A stretch of DNA of 64,000 nt from Octopus bimaculoides (Eukaryota): NCBI RefSeq assembly GCF_001194135.2, contig NC_068994.1:41044814-41108813 (forward strand). The letters run 5' to 3'. Of the stretch, positions 25,557 through 37,489 are shown piece after piece (positions within the stretch are counted from its first letter, which is position 1; each line of letters starts with the position of its first letter). Both the position numbers and the translations under genes were made by a program. A model generated the notes under the pieces. That model was not told the origin of the DNA. It made no database searches and worked only from the letters and a program-made list of their open reading frames with translations.

Positions 25557-27536
25557 AAGTTAAATAATGTAAGGATGAGTTGATCATAGTTGGAATTACT
25601 ATGATCAGTTGGTCTTTTTGATCAGGGTTTACCTGTGACTAAACTCTAAAATATTTGCAGCAAATCTCACCTCAAGACCTACGAATTGGATAGTCCAGTA
25701 ATTTTTCCATCTGGAAATATAAGTGCTGGTTATTTACCAATTTGGGAGTTGCCATTTTCATGGTTAAATTTCTCAAAATAGCAGTAGAAAAGAAATTATA
25801 TGTATATTTATTTGTTTACATTAATTAGTATCAAATTTTACACTGGGTATAATTATATTTTCCATTTGATATTTATTCTGTAATAATGTCTTTTCATGTG
25901 TATGAAAGATAATAATCACTAGTTATTCTATGAAGTTTGAACATTTCACAACATATTCCAGAAAATATTTTTATGAAAAACATTTTATTGTCAAAATATA
26001 ATTAACATGAATTTCTACACTTATTCAATTGGTTGGCTAAGATTCCATCCTAATCCTATTCAAAAGATGTTTTTCAATTACGGGTTTTCGGGTTAATGGG
26101 AAAAGAAAGCTACTCTCTACGTAAATAGCTTCTCAGATATCTTACTTTCCTTGTACCTGCTTAATTCTCAGCTTGAAATTTAAAAGAATATTTCTGAAAT
26201 TCTGTATCTACCAATCAACAGCATTCTTCATTGAGCTATAACTTCCTTAATATTTCTATCCAAAATGGATGATAATCAATATTCTAAAGTCATAGAATTA
26301 TTTAGATATTTGAATACATTCTATCATTTCATTGAAACTATTTTCAATTCCTATGTAAGACTTTGATTTAAAAAAAAAATAATAAAAAGTACACATCAAC
26401 ATCAATTACAATAACATCAAAAACAACCACAATCACAATAATAGCAACGAATGAACCATTTCTTTTTTTTTTTTTTTTGCAACTTTCTATATTTCCATAT
26501 TATTATTGCTTAACTAATTTCTTTTCAAAACTGTTTTCTATGTTCATCAGGAGAATTTGAGGAGTTTTAACACATAAACACTACAACAAATAAGCAACAT
26601 AACTTCATGCAAAATTTCAGCCGTTTGTCATCAATCTTTCAAAATTCACAAAATTATTCAAATTGTAAGAATATATTCCCTTGAAATTTACCTGTTGTTA
26701 ACTAAAAGGTTAAAAGGTAACATGTAGCAAAATCACGAGTTATTTTCATACTTCACTTATGCAGTTGCTTTATATAACTCATATCCTCTCTTTTCATTTT
26801 TTAATTAAGTAATTAATTACATTTTTAATGTTTATTAACATATCCCCCCCCCTTTTTTTCTTCTTTTTTGGTCTTGACAATTGGAACTAGTAATTGCAGT
26901 AACAGACATTATGTATTTCATAAACTTCAGTGTGGAATAAATTAGAATTAGTTGTAAGAAGCAAAAACAAATACTGGTTAAATATATTTTTCAGTAGCCT
27001 CCACATTAAATCTTGCTTCATACATAGTTTGGCAGAAAAACAAAATATATCCTGTTTACTAGTTCTTACAGTTTAAATTTCCAAGTTTGAGAAAAACTGG
27101 AAAATTACACAGTTTATTTAATCAAATTGTTTTCTGTTTTTCGTTTCACTGCAGTTATTTTTTAATGCTTAATTAAAATTTTGTAAAATATTTTTATCAT
27201 ATAATGTAATGATGTCTTCTGTTTGCTATGAAAGATTTGAAAGATAGTCATGTACTTTTGGTTTTCATTTTTTTTTTTTTTAATGCAAAAACTTTCAAAA
27301 GAATCATCTTAATCACAGAAAGTACATTTTCATTTCAGCCATAAAAAAATAATGCACCATGGTTAAGATAGTGTCAATTTTCATGTTTAAAGCCTCCATA
27401 ATTATTTTACATCAATAATCTTAAGTAAAAAAAATGAAAAATAATAGTATGAAATTGTAAATATTTAATTGTTTCCAAACAAGATATATTTCTGAATAAA
27501 TTAAATTAAAAATAGAGAAAATAAACAATATTTTAC

Positions 27537-29945
27537 CTGTTGTGTCATCTCTGAAGTATCTTGACAAGGTATTCCAAGTGGAGCTTCTAATCTATTATGA
27601 TTTGTCTCATATCTTGATGGCAACTCTTCACTTGGGCGTATTGGCATATGACTCCTGCTCTTGCTTACGTCTACTATAGCAATTGAGGGATCTGATTGAG
27701 GAGTTAACTTTTCACAAAAATATTTTAGCTGATTTGATTCATTCAAAATTTTATTTGAAGGGTCAATTTCTGCACAGAATTCTGTATGTCTTTCATTGTT
27801 CCTTCGTAAAATACAAATTGTAATTGATATCACCATAACAACTGACACAGTAACTGCAGCAAGAACAATTATGATCACTAAATTGATATGTATGCGATCA
27901 GTTGGTTCTGTATCAAGTGCAGTTAGCATAGTAGCTGTTTTATTACTGACAGACAATGTCAAAGATAAAGTAGTGGTGGCTGACAAAACTGGAGTACCAC
28001 TGTCCCTGACAACAAACACAATATTATAGGCTCCTGCATCTCTTTGGAAGATCACACGTGAGAATGAAACAGCTCCAGTATAAGTATTAATTGTAAATAG
28101 CTGTCTGTCATTACCTTCTAATATTCCATATCGAAGAAAGGCATTTTCCTGATTATCTTTATCAGAGGCTCGCAAAACTGTAATATTGTTTTTATTCCGT
28201 GGATGGTAGTGGACATCAAGGCGGAATGGATTAACTTGAGGGAAAATAAAATATGGAGCATTATCATTTTCGTCCATTACTTCCACCATGATATTTGCAG
28301 TGTTGTTTAATGATGGTGTTCCATTGTCTTTGACTAAAACTTTAAATCTATAGACACTTTGAAGTTCACGATCTAATGTCTGAGTAGTTGAAATAAAACC
28401 AAAATCTGTTATTGAAAATGGAAGTTTATTTTTATTATTAGCAAATAAAGAATATGATAATTGACCACCAGAGTCAAGATCAGGGTCAGTAGCATTGATT
28501 AAACCAACAGGAAAGTTTGGCTTCTCATTCTCATAAATCAAAAATCTAAATGTATCTTTAGAAAACTGAGGTTTTACATCATTAATATCCATCACTTGGA
28601 TAGAGACATTTGTCTTAGTCTGTAATGGTGGTAAACCTCTGTCTTGACATGTAATTGTTATGTCAATTTGTCTCTCAGTTTCTCTATCAACCAGGCTTTT
28701 TATTGTTAATTTATATTTCTTTCCACCAAGACTTTGAAGCCTGAATTTATCATGATGTAGCTCACAGCTGACCTCTCCATTAGGGCCAATATCGTTATCT
28801 GTAACTTTCACAAATGCAACAAAGCTACCAATTTCTGTTTCTTCTGAAATAGCTGCTGCATTTTTTGATGATGCAGACACAAAGCTTACATCTATTTTAG
28901 GTGCTATGTTCATCTGGTCATTTATCGTTAATATAACCATTGTAGTTGAACTTAAAGGTGGCATCCCTTCATCTTTGGCTTCAATAAACAATTTATATGT
29001 CTGTTTTTTAACTGGAGTGAAGTTTTCATGTAAAAATAATTCACCAGTGAGTTTATTTAATTCAAAAGGAATATTAGAAGTATCCGAAGATTTTGAACTA
29101 AATGTATACAATATTCGGCCATTTTTACCTGCATCTAAGTCTTTTGCAGATACAACCACAACTGGGATGTTTTTCCGGTGAGAACTTTTAATTGAAACAT
29201 TATAGATATCTTGATTGAACACAGGTGAATTGTCATTGACATCTGTGACAAATATTTGAACATTTAAAACACTCTGTTTTGTTGGGGTTCCCCCATCTTT
29301 AGCAATAACTTGAACATGGTATGTGTCTTTGACTTCTCGATTAAGTTTCTCTTCCAAAATGATTCCAAGTTTTGCTGTGCCATCAACTTTTTTTGATTCT
29401 GACAACATAAATGGCTCATTTGAATGCTTTTTTAGTTGATAGGTAATTTGTGAATTAAGAACGCCAACGTCTTCATCAATGGCATTTGGTATTGAAATAC
29501 TAGAACCTTTGCTGTCTCTCTCAGAAAATTCTATGTCAACTTGTTTTTCTGAAAATATTGGGGTATGATCATTGACATCTTGTATAATTACTCTTATCTC
29601 CAAGATCTTGAGAAATGTCTTCTGCTTCTGTACAGCAACATCTAATGTTTTGTAACAGTCAGTGTTATATTTGCAGAGGCTCTCTGCATCCAATGTTCTA
29701 GCAGTGAAAAGTTTACCATTCCGAGATATATTGAATAACTGGTGGTCACTTGCTGTATCATGTTGAAGAAGACTAAACCAAGTTGAACTAATGTCTGTGG
29801 CAGGAACACTGTCCATTAGTTGCATTTTCATTGAAACGTCTCCAATGAATGTATTTGGTCGTCTGCCCTCTTTTACATAGAATGTAAAGTCTACACACTT
29901 CGAGGTGTGTAAAAGTGCAAAAACCACACAAATCTGTGCAAACAT
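27537..29945 (-). CDS. Pcdh: Protocadherin, large coding exon (signal peptide, EC1-EC6, TM helix, proximal cytoplasmic tail; 803 codons)
   Basis: Open frame with signal peptide MFAQICVVFALLHTSKC and six cadherin repeats (DAE/NRE/DRE, AxDxD, DxNDxxP motifs, e.g. DVNDHTPIF, DVNDNSPVF, DENDNAPYF). TM is INLVIIIVLAAVTVSVVMVISITICIL. A polypyrimidine tract plus AG acceptor (29982-29981) lies 35 nt before the ATG at 29945. The phase-0 donor CAG|GTAAAA follows 27537. The symbol is family-level only. Confidence 0.96.
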
Positions 29946-30742
29946 TTTCTTGTCGATGTTTCTCAGAATAATTATGAATCCTTTGAATGAAAAATAAAAA
30001 AAAGAAATATATACATACACACGTACATACATATCTACATGTTTACATACACATAAGTATATGTTTACAGGCATACAAACATGCAAAAGTATGAACAAAT
30101 GGATAATATTAAATAAAGAAAAAAAGTATTTTGCAAATCATCTTATTTTACATAAAGACATCAGAACATCAATAAATATAATGCACAAATTGTATTGAAA
30201 GTATTTAAGAGCATTAATGATAATAAATCATAGTTTCAAAAAATGCTATTGAATTACATTAAAACATTATGCCAAAGGGAATTAATTAAATATGAAACAT
30301 GACAGAATTGATTTCTGTTTAAAAATCAATAGATGCAATAAATAAATAAATAAATAAATAGCTGAAATGTTATGAATGGACACATCATTGTCTTAAGACT
30401 AGATAAATAACAGCTTTGAATATATTTATAACAGTTTGGATAGATTTATAAGGTTTGCAAATAACAATAACTTGTGAATAATATTATTACTGCACACCCG
30501 TCAAAGTTAAGATATTTTCAAATAAAACTATACAGGAAGAATTAGTCAAAGAAATGACTGTTAAAAATAAAATGTATGCCTCAGGCTTACAGCCTCATGG
30601 GTATAAAGCTTATCTGGATTTTCAAGGTAATTTTAGGCTGAGAGTACAAGTCTACCCATGTCTGAATGGGATACTAGTCCATCATAGGGTTGACCCCAAA
30701 TTCATACTGATGTTAATTTTCAGCTGAGTGTAATCCTCCTCC

Positions 30743-31234
30743 TCATCATCGTTTAATGTCCGCTTCCCATGCTAGCATGGGTTGGACGATTTGGCTGAGG
30801 ACCAGCGAACCAGATAGCTGCACCAGGCTCTAATCTGATCTGGCAGAGTTTCTACAGCTGGCTGCCATTCCTAATGCCAACCACTCCAAGAGTGTAGTGG
30901 GTGCTTTTACGTGCCACCAGCATGAGGGCCAGTCTGGCGGTACTGGCAATGGCCACGCTCAAATGGTGTTTTTACGTGCCACCTGCACAGGAGTCAGTCC
31001 AGTGGCACTGGCAACGACCTCGCTTGAATGTTTTGTTCACATGCCACCAGCACAAGTGCCAGTAAGGTGACGCTCGTAATGATCATGCTCAAATGGTGCT
31101 TTTTACGTGATCCCACTTGGATGGTGCTGTTAGCGCTCCACTGCCATGGGTGTCAGTCATAGAATTTGGTTCAGTTACGATTTCACTTGCCCCAACAGAT
31201 CTTCGCAAGCAGAGTTTAGTGTCCAATGAAGGAA
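30743..31234 (-). mobile_element. Family D element, long copy with internal ~75-bp repeated modules
   Basis: Same 3' tail as 6861-7157. The module tttacgtgccacc...tggcaa is repeated 3-4 times. Confidence 0.8.
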
Positions 31235-32977
31235 TATACTTAATACCACACAAGCACACCAGCACCTATGTTAACATTTTATATATCTTTACTTGTTTTA
31301 GACATTAGACCATGACCATGGTGAGGCACCACCTTGGAGAGTATTTGTCAAACTCATTGATCTCAGTATCCTTTGCCTAAACAGAAGAATACAGGGACAT
31401 GAACAAACAACTATCGGTTGTTAAATGGTGGTGGTGGGGGGGGGACAACAAACACACATGCATATATACAACAGACTTTCACAGAGTTTCTGTCTATCAC
31501 AGCCAATTGCAAGACATTGGTTGGTCCAGGACTATAGCAGAAGACACTTGCCCAAGGTGTCACACAGTGTATCCATACTTAGTTAATTGACCTTGGAATA
31601 ATGAAAAGCAAAACCAGCTGTCATTATTATTTGACTCAGAAATATCGAAGAATGTGATTAACCCTCTTAGGCTGGGATTTCTGAGCAAAAAATAAATTGT
31701 TGCCTATACAGCTCAAGAGTAATGGTTACAGGCAAACTAATAGACATAATAGGCCTTTCTCTCAACTACTATTTGTTGACCCGAATTACTACTTTCCTCA
31801 TTTCTTCAACAGTTTGATTGTCTGCATCACTCTCATTGCCTGTGTGAGGGTAAACATTTTGTATGAAGAATAAATATCATTAATAATTTCCTGAACTGCA
31901 AAGTGTCTGGACCTTGCTAATTTACCAGATAAAGTGCTAGGTATGTTACATGCTTGTTTCATTGTAAAAACAGCCCATTTTTTTCCTAATTAAAAACAAA
32001 AGTAAACAACAGCTATGGAAGACATCATTAACAATGAATCATAAACACACTTGACTACAAAGGTGCAATGTGATCATTTGTCTATTTTTAGTATTTTATC
32101 TTCTTTTTTTTTTACTTGAGTTGTTCATTACTACTTTTATGGGAAACCGGTCGAGATTACATTTAGGACATTCCCATTATACTGGGAACATGGTAAGACA
32201 GGGTTAAATATCCATAGAGCCATCACATGCAAGTAGGTTTGATTTAGTATGATGTGCCACTATTTTGCTAACTATTCCTTCTTCCACTCTTCTCAGCAGA
32301 ATTTCTAGTATGTGACTACTGGGCAGAGCGAGGGCTGCACCAGCACTTAGCTAACTATCATTTCAGGAATGCAGACTGGAACAACATGAACTGAAGTGCC
32401 TCGCTGAAGGACATTATGCACAGCCCAGTCCAAGAGTTTAACTCATGATCTTGAGATGGTAAGCGTAATATATTATCCATTAGGACATATTTGTTCACAG
32501 TCTGTCAACAAAAATATCTCTCCATTACGGTTATAAAATTTTCATAAATTAGTAAGTCTTAAGAAAATCAGTCACATTTCTCTTAAAAAATAAGCACACA
32601 ATCAGTATCATTCTTATCTTATCGAGCAGAATTAAGCTTAAGCTGAAAGATGTACATCCATTTATCAAAGTCGAAGATTATCATATAGTTTCACATTTTT
32701 TGTAATGAAATGATATCACAGTTTTATATATCAGCAAATGTACAGAGTCTACAAAACTTTGTTAATTATGTATATTGAATCTAGCCTCTAAAACAAAATA
32801 AGTAGGTAGCTGAGTAGATGTAGATTATTTATGAAGATGATGGACACCTAATGTATAGAATTGCCAGACTCTCTTCTCTTCTGTTCTTTATGAATACATG
32901 TATAAATGTGTTTGTATGTGTGTGGATATCTCTTTATGCACACATGCATGTTTGTATATATGTATGAATGGATGGAC

Positions 32978-33061
<84 letters not shown>

Positions 33062-33510
33062 GGATGAATGGCTGGCTGGTTGGATGGATGGATTTGCATA
33101 TGAATGTTTGTATGTATCCATGCAAGTATGTATATTTGTATAGGTATATGTGCATGTTCTGTCTTCCTGATTATGATTTCCCCCTCCTCTTCCTCCATTT
33201 TCCTTCCCCTCCCCTTCTTCATCATCATCATCATCTTAATATCCATTTCTCCATGCTTTCATAGATCAGATGGAGCTTCTTGAAGCAAAATTTCTTCCAA
33301 ACGGATACCCTCCTGCTGCCAAATCTCACCTGTTTTGAAGTAAGATACTGTTTCTCCATCACCAAATATGTTTACACAAAATATTGGGAATGAACCACAC
33401 TGCCTGTATGAGAGTGACACTTATTTACGACTATCATGCAATGTCAAGACAATGAGATACACAAACACATACATACATATATACACACACATACGTATAT
33501 ATATACACAC

Positions 33511-34553
33511 ATAGTAATAATATTAGGGAATAAAAAAATTATTCCAACCTTACAGGCAAAAATCGGTATAATATTATACTGGGTTTCCTAATATATAATA
33601 TATATGTATATAACTGATTTAGAGACGAACTACCACCCTACGCCATGTTTATCACGTGACTTTTCAGCATTAATTTTCATGGCATTATTTACGTAATATA
33701 GAATTTTCGTATGTGTATAGTTATTACACTGCGTTAATCCTCAAGAAACGTTTTATTTTAGGTAGATTTTCTTTTTCGATATTTTCGTTATTATTTTAGT
33801 AATTATAATACGCATGGACTTCTGGGTAATAGACGCCATATTTATCACGTGGCCTTTTAGTATAAATTCTATAGAACAGCCATTTTGTTTTAATTCTACA
33901 GTCACCAGCCGGCAGATAAGTCATGTTTTCTTATCTTAATTTTATAAACAATATTGACATCCGTCTTTTAGTAACTTTGTACACTAACACATTCTTTTAC
34001 TATTATCTACGTATTCCATAATGTTTTAACCTTGTTTACTATAATATTTTTAGATTGTAACTCTTAATAATTATATTGATAACGTTGATGTAGGGATTAG
34101 TTTACAGATTTTGTCTCTTTATATATATTTTTATTTCTCATGTTTATGTTTATTCCTTGGATGATTTTAGGTATTTTCTTAGGGATTTGACCTGAAGAGT
34201 GACTGATTTTGGGAGTAAAATCATCTCCCCGTTCTAATGAACTGGGATAAAATTTGATTATGATTTTATATATTCTTATTTCAGCCATGAAAAGCGCGTA
34301 GTCTATGTACTAGCACTAACTTTTTAGATTTATACTTCCATACTGTATATTATCGTATTAATTTTTACTGTCCAATTTATAAATTTGACTTTTAAATTAA
34401 TATTTCTATGATTTATTTATATGATTTATTTATGTAATATGTTATTTAATTTAAATTTTTAGATTAAAATATTAGATATATTAAGATGGTATATGCCTCA
34501 CAGCATGGATTTGGACGGGTTCTGAGTTGTAGAGTGGTGGTTCGTCTCTAAAA
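33511..34553. mobile_element. Copy 2 of the asymmetric-IR element, internally deleted
   Basis: Collinear with 1-1523 including the ~110-bp segment outside the left IR. It lacks copy-1 positions ~136-576, joined at an 'ac' microhomology (ctac|gccatg). Confidence 0.8.
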
Positions 34554-34605
34554 TAATTATATATATATGTATATATATATATATACATACATACANNNNN
34601 NNNNN

Positions 34606-34638
<33 letters not shown>

Positions 34639-34840
34639 GCACATGAGAAAAACAGAAAATGGAATTTACGATGTATATTAATCACAACGGTCGTTTCAAC
34701 ACATCTCGCATTAATCCCTCGCAGGTTAGATACAATACAACTGGTTGTGGTGCATTCTTCAGTGTATTTGTGTCTTGTATATGTATGTGTGTGTCTGTGT
34801 ATTTACATATAAACATATATATATATGAAAAAATATGCAT

Positions 34841-35015
34841 ATTTTTACTGTCCAATTTATAAATTTGACTTTTAAATTAATATTTCTGATTTATTTATAT
34901 GATTTATTTATGTAATATGTTATTTAATTTAAATTTTTAGATTAAAATATTAGATATATTAAGATGGTATATGCCTCACAGCATGGATCTGGACGGGTTC
35001 TAAGTTGACTGAGTT
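34841..35015. repeat. Local duplicate of the right end of the asymmetric-IR element
   Basis: Near-identical to ~34361-34530 (atttttactgtccaatttataaatttgac...gcatggat(c/t)tggacgggttct). The two copies are separated by a 10-N gap. Confidence 0.75.
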
Positions 35016-35040
35016 GTATATATATATATATATATAAATA

Positions 35041-35849
35041 AATTAGTGTACATTTTTATACACAAAAGAGGTGACCTTTAACAGGACACCTTGCATGCTA
35101 GAAAGGGCAGTTAAAGCCCAACTCACGGATAAGAGTAATTTCAAGGAGAATGAAAAATAAAAACATTTCAATAGTTACCTTGATACTCGAGTTTCTGCAT
35201 TAATGTACACATAAATTAATTTGCCACCCATGCTTCTTCAGTTAAGGTGCATGAAATTAATGCATATTTATGCAACACTGAAGACAAATAATAATAAGAA
35301 TTAAAACTGTGTACCAAAGGTACTACGAAAATAATAAGGGTAGGAAATTTAGAGAAATAATCCACCAGTGGCCAGCATGCATAATATAGTCAATAGAGAA
35401 TATATTTTTCATATAGATTAGTGTACGTTTTTATACACAAAAGAGGTACACAGTTTTAATTCTAATTATTTGCTGCTGATTGCAGCTGCACTTGCGTGGT
35501 GGATTTGAAATATTAGAATATATATATGGATGGAACACATGTCTCTTCAGTGTTCAATAAATATGCATTAGCACCCTTACTAAAGAAGCACGAATGGTAA
35601 ATAAAATTTATTTGCACATTGATGCAGAAACTCGAGTACAAGGGTAACTTTTGAAATGTTTTTATTTTTCATTCCTTTGAAATTGCTCTTATTCGTGGTT
35701 TGGGCTTTTATTACCCCTGTTAAAGGTCACCTCTTTTGTGTATAAAAACGTACACTAATTCATATGAAAAATATGTTGTCTTTTGACTTTATTACGCATA
35801 CCGGCCACTGGTAGAATATTTCTCTAAATTTTCTACCCTTATTATTTTC
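35041..35849. repeat. Permuted plus inverted repeat structure X-Y-X'-Y'
   Basis: X (35041-35315) matches the reverse complement of 35445-35760. Y (35327-35447) matches the reverse complement of 35729-35849. The motif ttagtgtac(a/g)tttttatacacaaaagaggt occurs at 35043 (+), 35418 (+) and 35729-35758 (-). Confidence 0.8.
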
Positions 35850-35907
35850 ATATATTTATACACACACACGGATGTATATTATATGTGTGTGTGTGTGTGT
35901 GTGTATG

Positions 35908-35938
<31 letters not shown>

Positions 35939-36087
35939 GTACATTATATATATATATATGTGTGTGTGTGTGTATATATATTGTTGTATTTGGGGATGGT
36001 CATGTTGCCAGTTTAACCAATAAAAACACTCACACTATATATTTGGTGTTAATTTGCTTCACCTTTATATTACATTAATCATATTTC

Positions 36088-36132
36088 GGCCAGAGTTCTT
36101 TCGTCAATCTTCTGTGACCTCATCAGTGGTCC
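36088..36132 (-). ncRNA. Minimal type-I hammerhead ribozyme motif with intact core
   Basis: The minus strand reads ggacca CUGAUGA G GUCA cagaagau UGAC GAAA g aa c UC uggcc. Both conserved boxes are present, with a 4-bp stem II, a tiny stem III, a CUC triplet and a stem I carrying one bulge. There is one extra G after A9. Confidence 0.7.
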
Positions 36133-37105
36133 TTTGCTTTCTTCTTTCTTATATGTGTCCCTCCTTGCTAACGATCAGCCATTTTGTATTCCTATTGTAT
36201 GTGTCTATATTTGTGCATGTGTATCCCTCTGTGTATCCCTATGTTTGTCTGTTTTGTAAGTGCATGCATGTGAATGGGGAGTGCCTGTATTATCTGTATC
36301 CCCTGTTTATACATGTTCATTTAATTTGTTTTTATTTATGTTCATGTGTTTATACCTACTTTTTTTTTTTTAGGCCAGGCAACCCTATCAAATCCCTTAT
36401 CAGTAGAACCCCCTGTACTGATAGGAACTGTACTGTATGTAGATTTAGCCCACAAACAAACTGTAAAGCCAGAAATGTGGTCTATAGTATAAGATGTACA
36501 GAGGGATGATGCAGTAACAAGACAACGACGTACGTAGAGGAAACAGCATGGAGCATTGGAGGGAACTTAAGGAAGAGAAGAGCTCATCAGTTCTGTACCA
36601 GCATGCTGAGCAGGAACACGGAGGTTCACTCAACAACACAGAAATAAAAATCTTGTCCATACATAGAACAGACGCAGTGCTTAGACAAATTACAGAAGCT
36701 ACACACATAATAGAAGATAAACCTAGCCTGAATAGGAAACTGGAATGGAACACTAGCACACTCCCCACAACATATGACAAAAAAATCCCCATAACTGATA
36801 ACTATATGAACAAAATATAATACAATACATAGATAAACAAATGGAATTAAATAACTACATATGTTAACAAAATTAAATTAAATACAAGAAAAAGTAGGTA
36901 TAAACACATGAATATATAAATAAAAACAAATTAAACGAACATGTATAAACAGGGGATGCAGATAATACAGGTACTCCCCATACACACACATGCACTTACA
37001 AAACATAGATATACATAGAGGGATACGCATGCGCAAATATAGACACATACAAAAAGGGTGATCGTTAGTAAGGAGGGACACACAAATAAGAAAGAAGAAA
37101 GCAAA

Positions 37106-37150
37106 GGACCACTGATGAGGTCACAGAAGTGTGACAAAAGAACTCTGGCC
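37106..37150 (+). ncRNA. Hammerhead motif, mutated copy (GAAA to AAAA)
   Basis: Reads ggacca CTGATGA G GTCACA gaag TGTGAC AAAA g aa c TC tggcc. Stem II is a perfect 6 bp, but G12 is replaced by A. Confidence 0.65.
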
Positions 37151-37489
37151 GAAATATGATTAATATAATGTAATGTAATATAAAGCTGAAGCAAATTAAC
37201 ACCAAATATATAGTGTGTGTGTTTTTATTGGCTAGACTGGCAACATGACCATCTCCAAATACAACAATATCTGTTTCAACACACAATTTCAGATCAAGAA
37301 TCTTGCAAAACAAATATATAAACGGAACAATGTGTATATATATACATGTATGCATGTGTGTGTGAAGAACGGACAGAGTTTTAAGATGATAAAATAAGTT
37401 ATCAGAAATCCTTCAGTTTTGCATGGGCTTCTTGATGATATTTTCTTATATCTTTTGTTTCAAATACAAACACATGTTTGGGAAGGTGG

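Larger units (their letters stand above)
35978..37270 (+). mobile_element. Penelope-like element remnant: GIY-YIG endonuclease fragment between ~385-bp inverted pseudo-LTRs
   Basis: Arms 35978-36365 and 36889-37270 are reverse complements (roughly 85% identical by eye). The core 36372-36820 translates as PCTDRNCTVC...NCKARNVVYSIRCTEG*CSNKTTTYVEETA / MEHWRELKEEKSSSVLYQHAEQEH...RQITEATHI...PSLNRKLEW, i.e. VVY...YVxET...EH...E...LN with a stop and a frameshift. Confidence 0.88.

Noticed and set aside
25671-26171. Two micro-exon candidates (26171-26146, 26 nt; 25710-25671, 40 nt) whose phases sum to an in-frame 22-aa insert
   Set aside because: The splice signals are plausible, but the peptide (LRIKQVQGKWKNYWTIQFVGLE) resembles nothing I recognise and the second donor lies in repeat-like sequence. 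Such pairs arise by chance in a 12-kb intron. Junction reads would be needed.
27501-27536. ORF C-terminus VKYCLFSLFLI*
   Set aside because: This is read-through of a good donor (CAG|GTAAAA) into AT-rich intron, and a phase-matched downstream exon exists.
27796-29181. Plus-strand ORFs of 77 aa and 91 aa
   Set aside because: They are antisense shadows of the protocadherin exon.
29946-30098. 51-aa N-terminal extension of the 865-aa ORF
   Set aside because: It reads through intronic TA/TG repeats and the polypyrimidine tract. The signal peptide starts at the ATG at 29945, after the acceptor.
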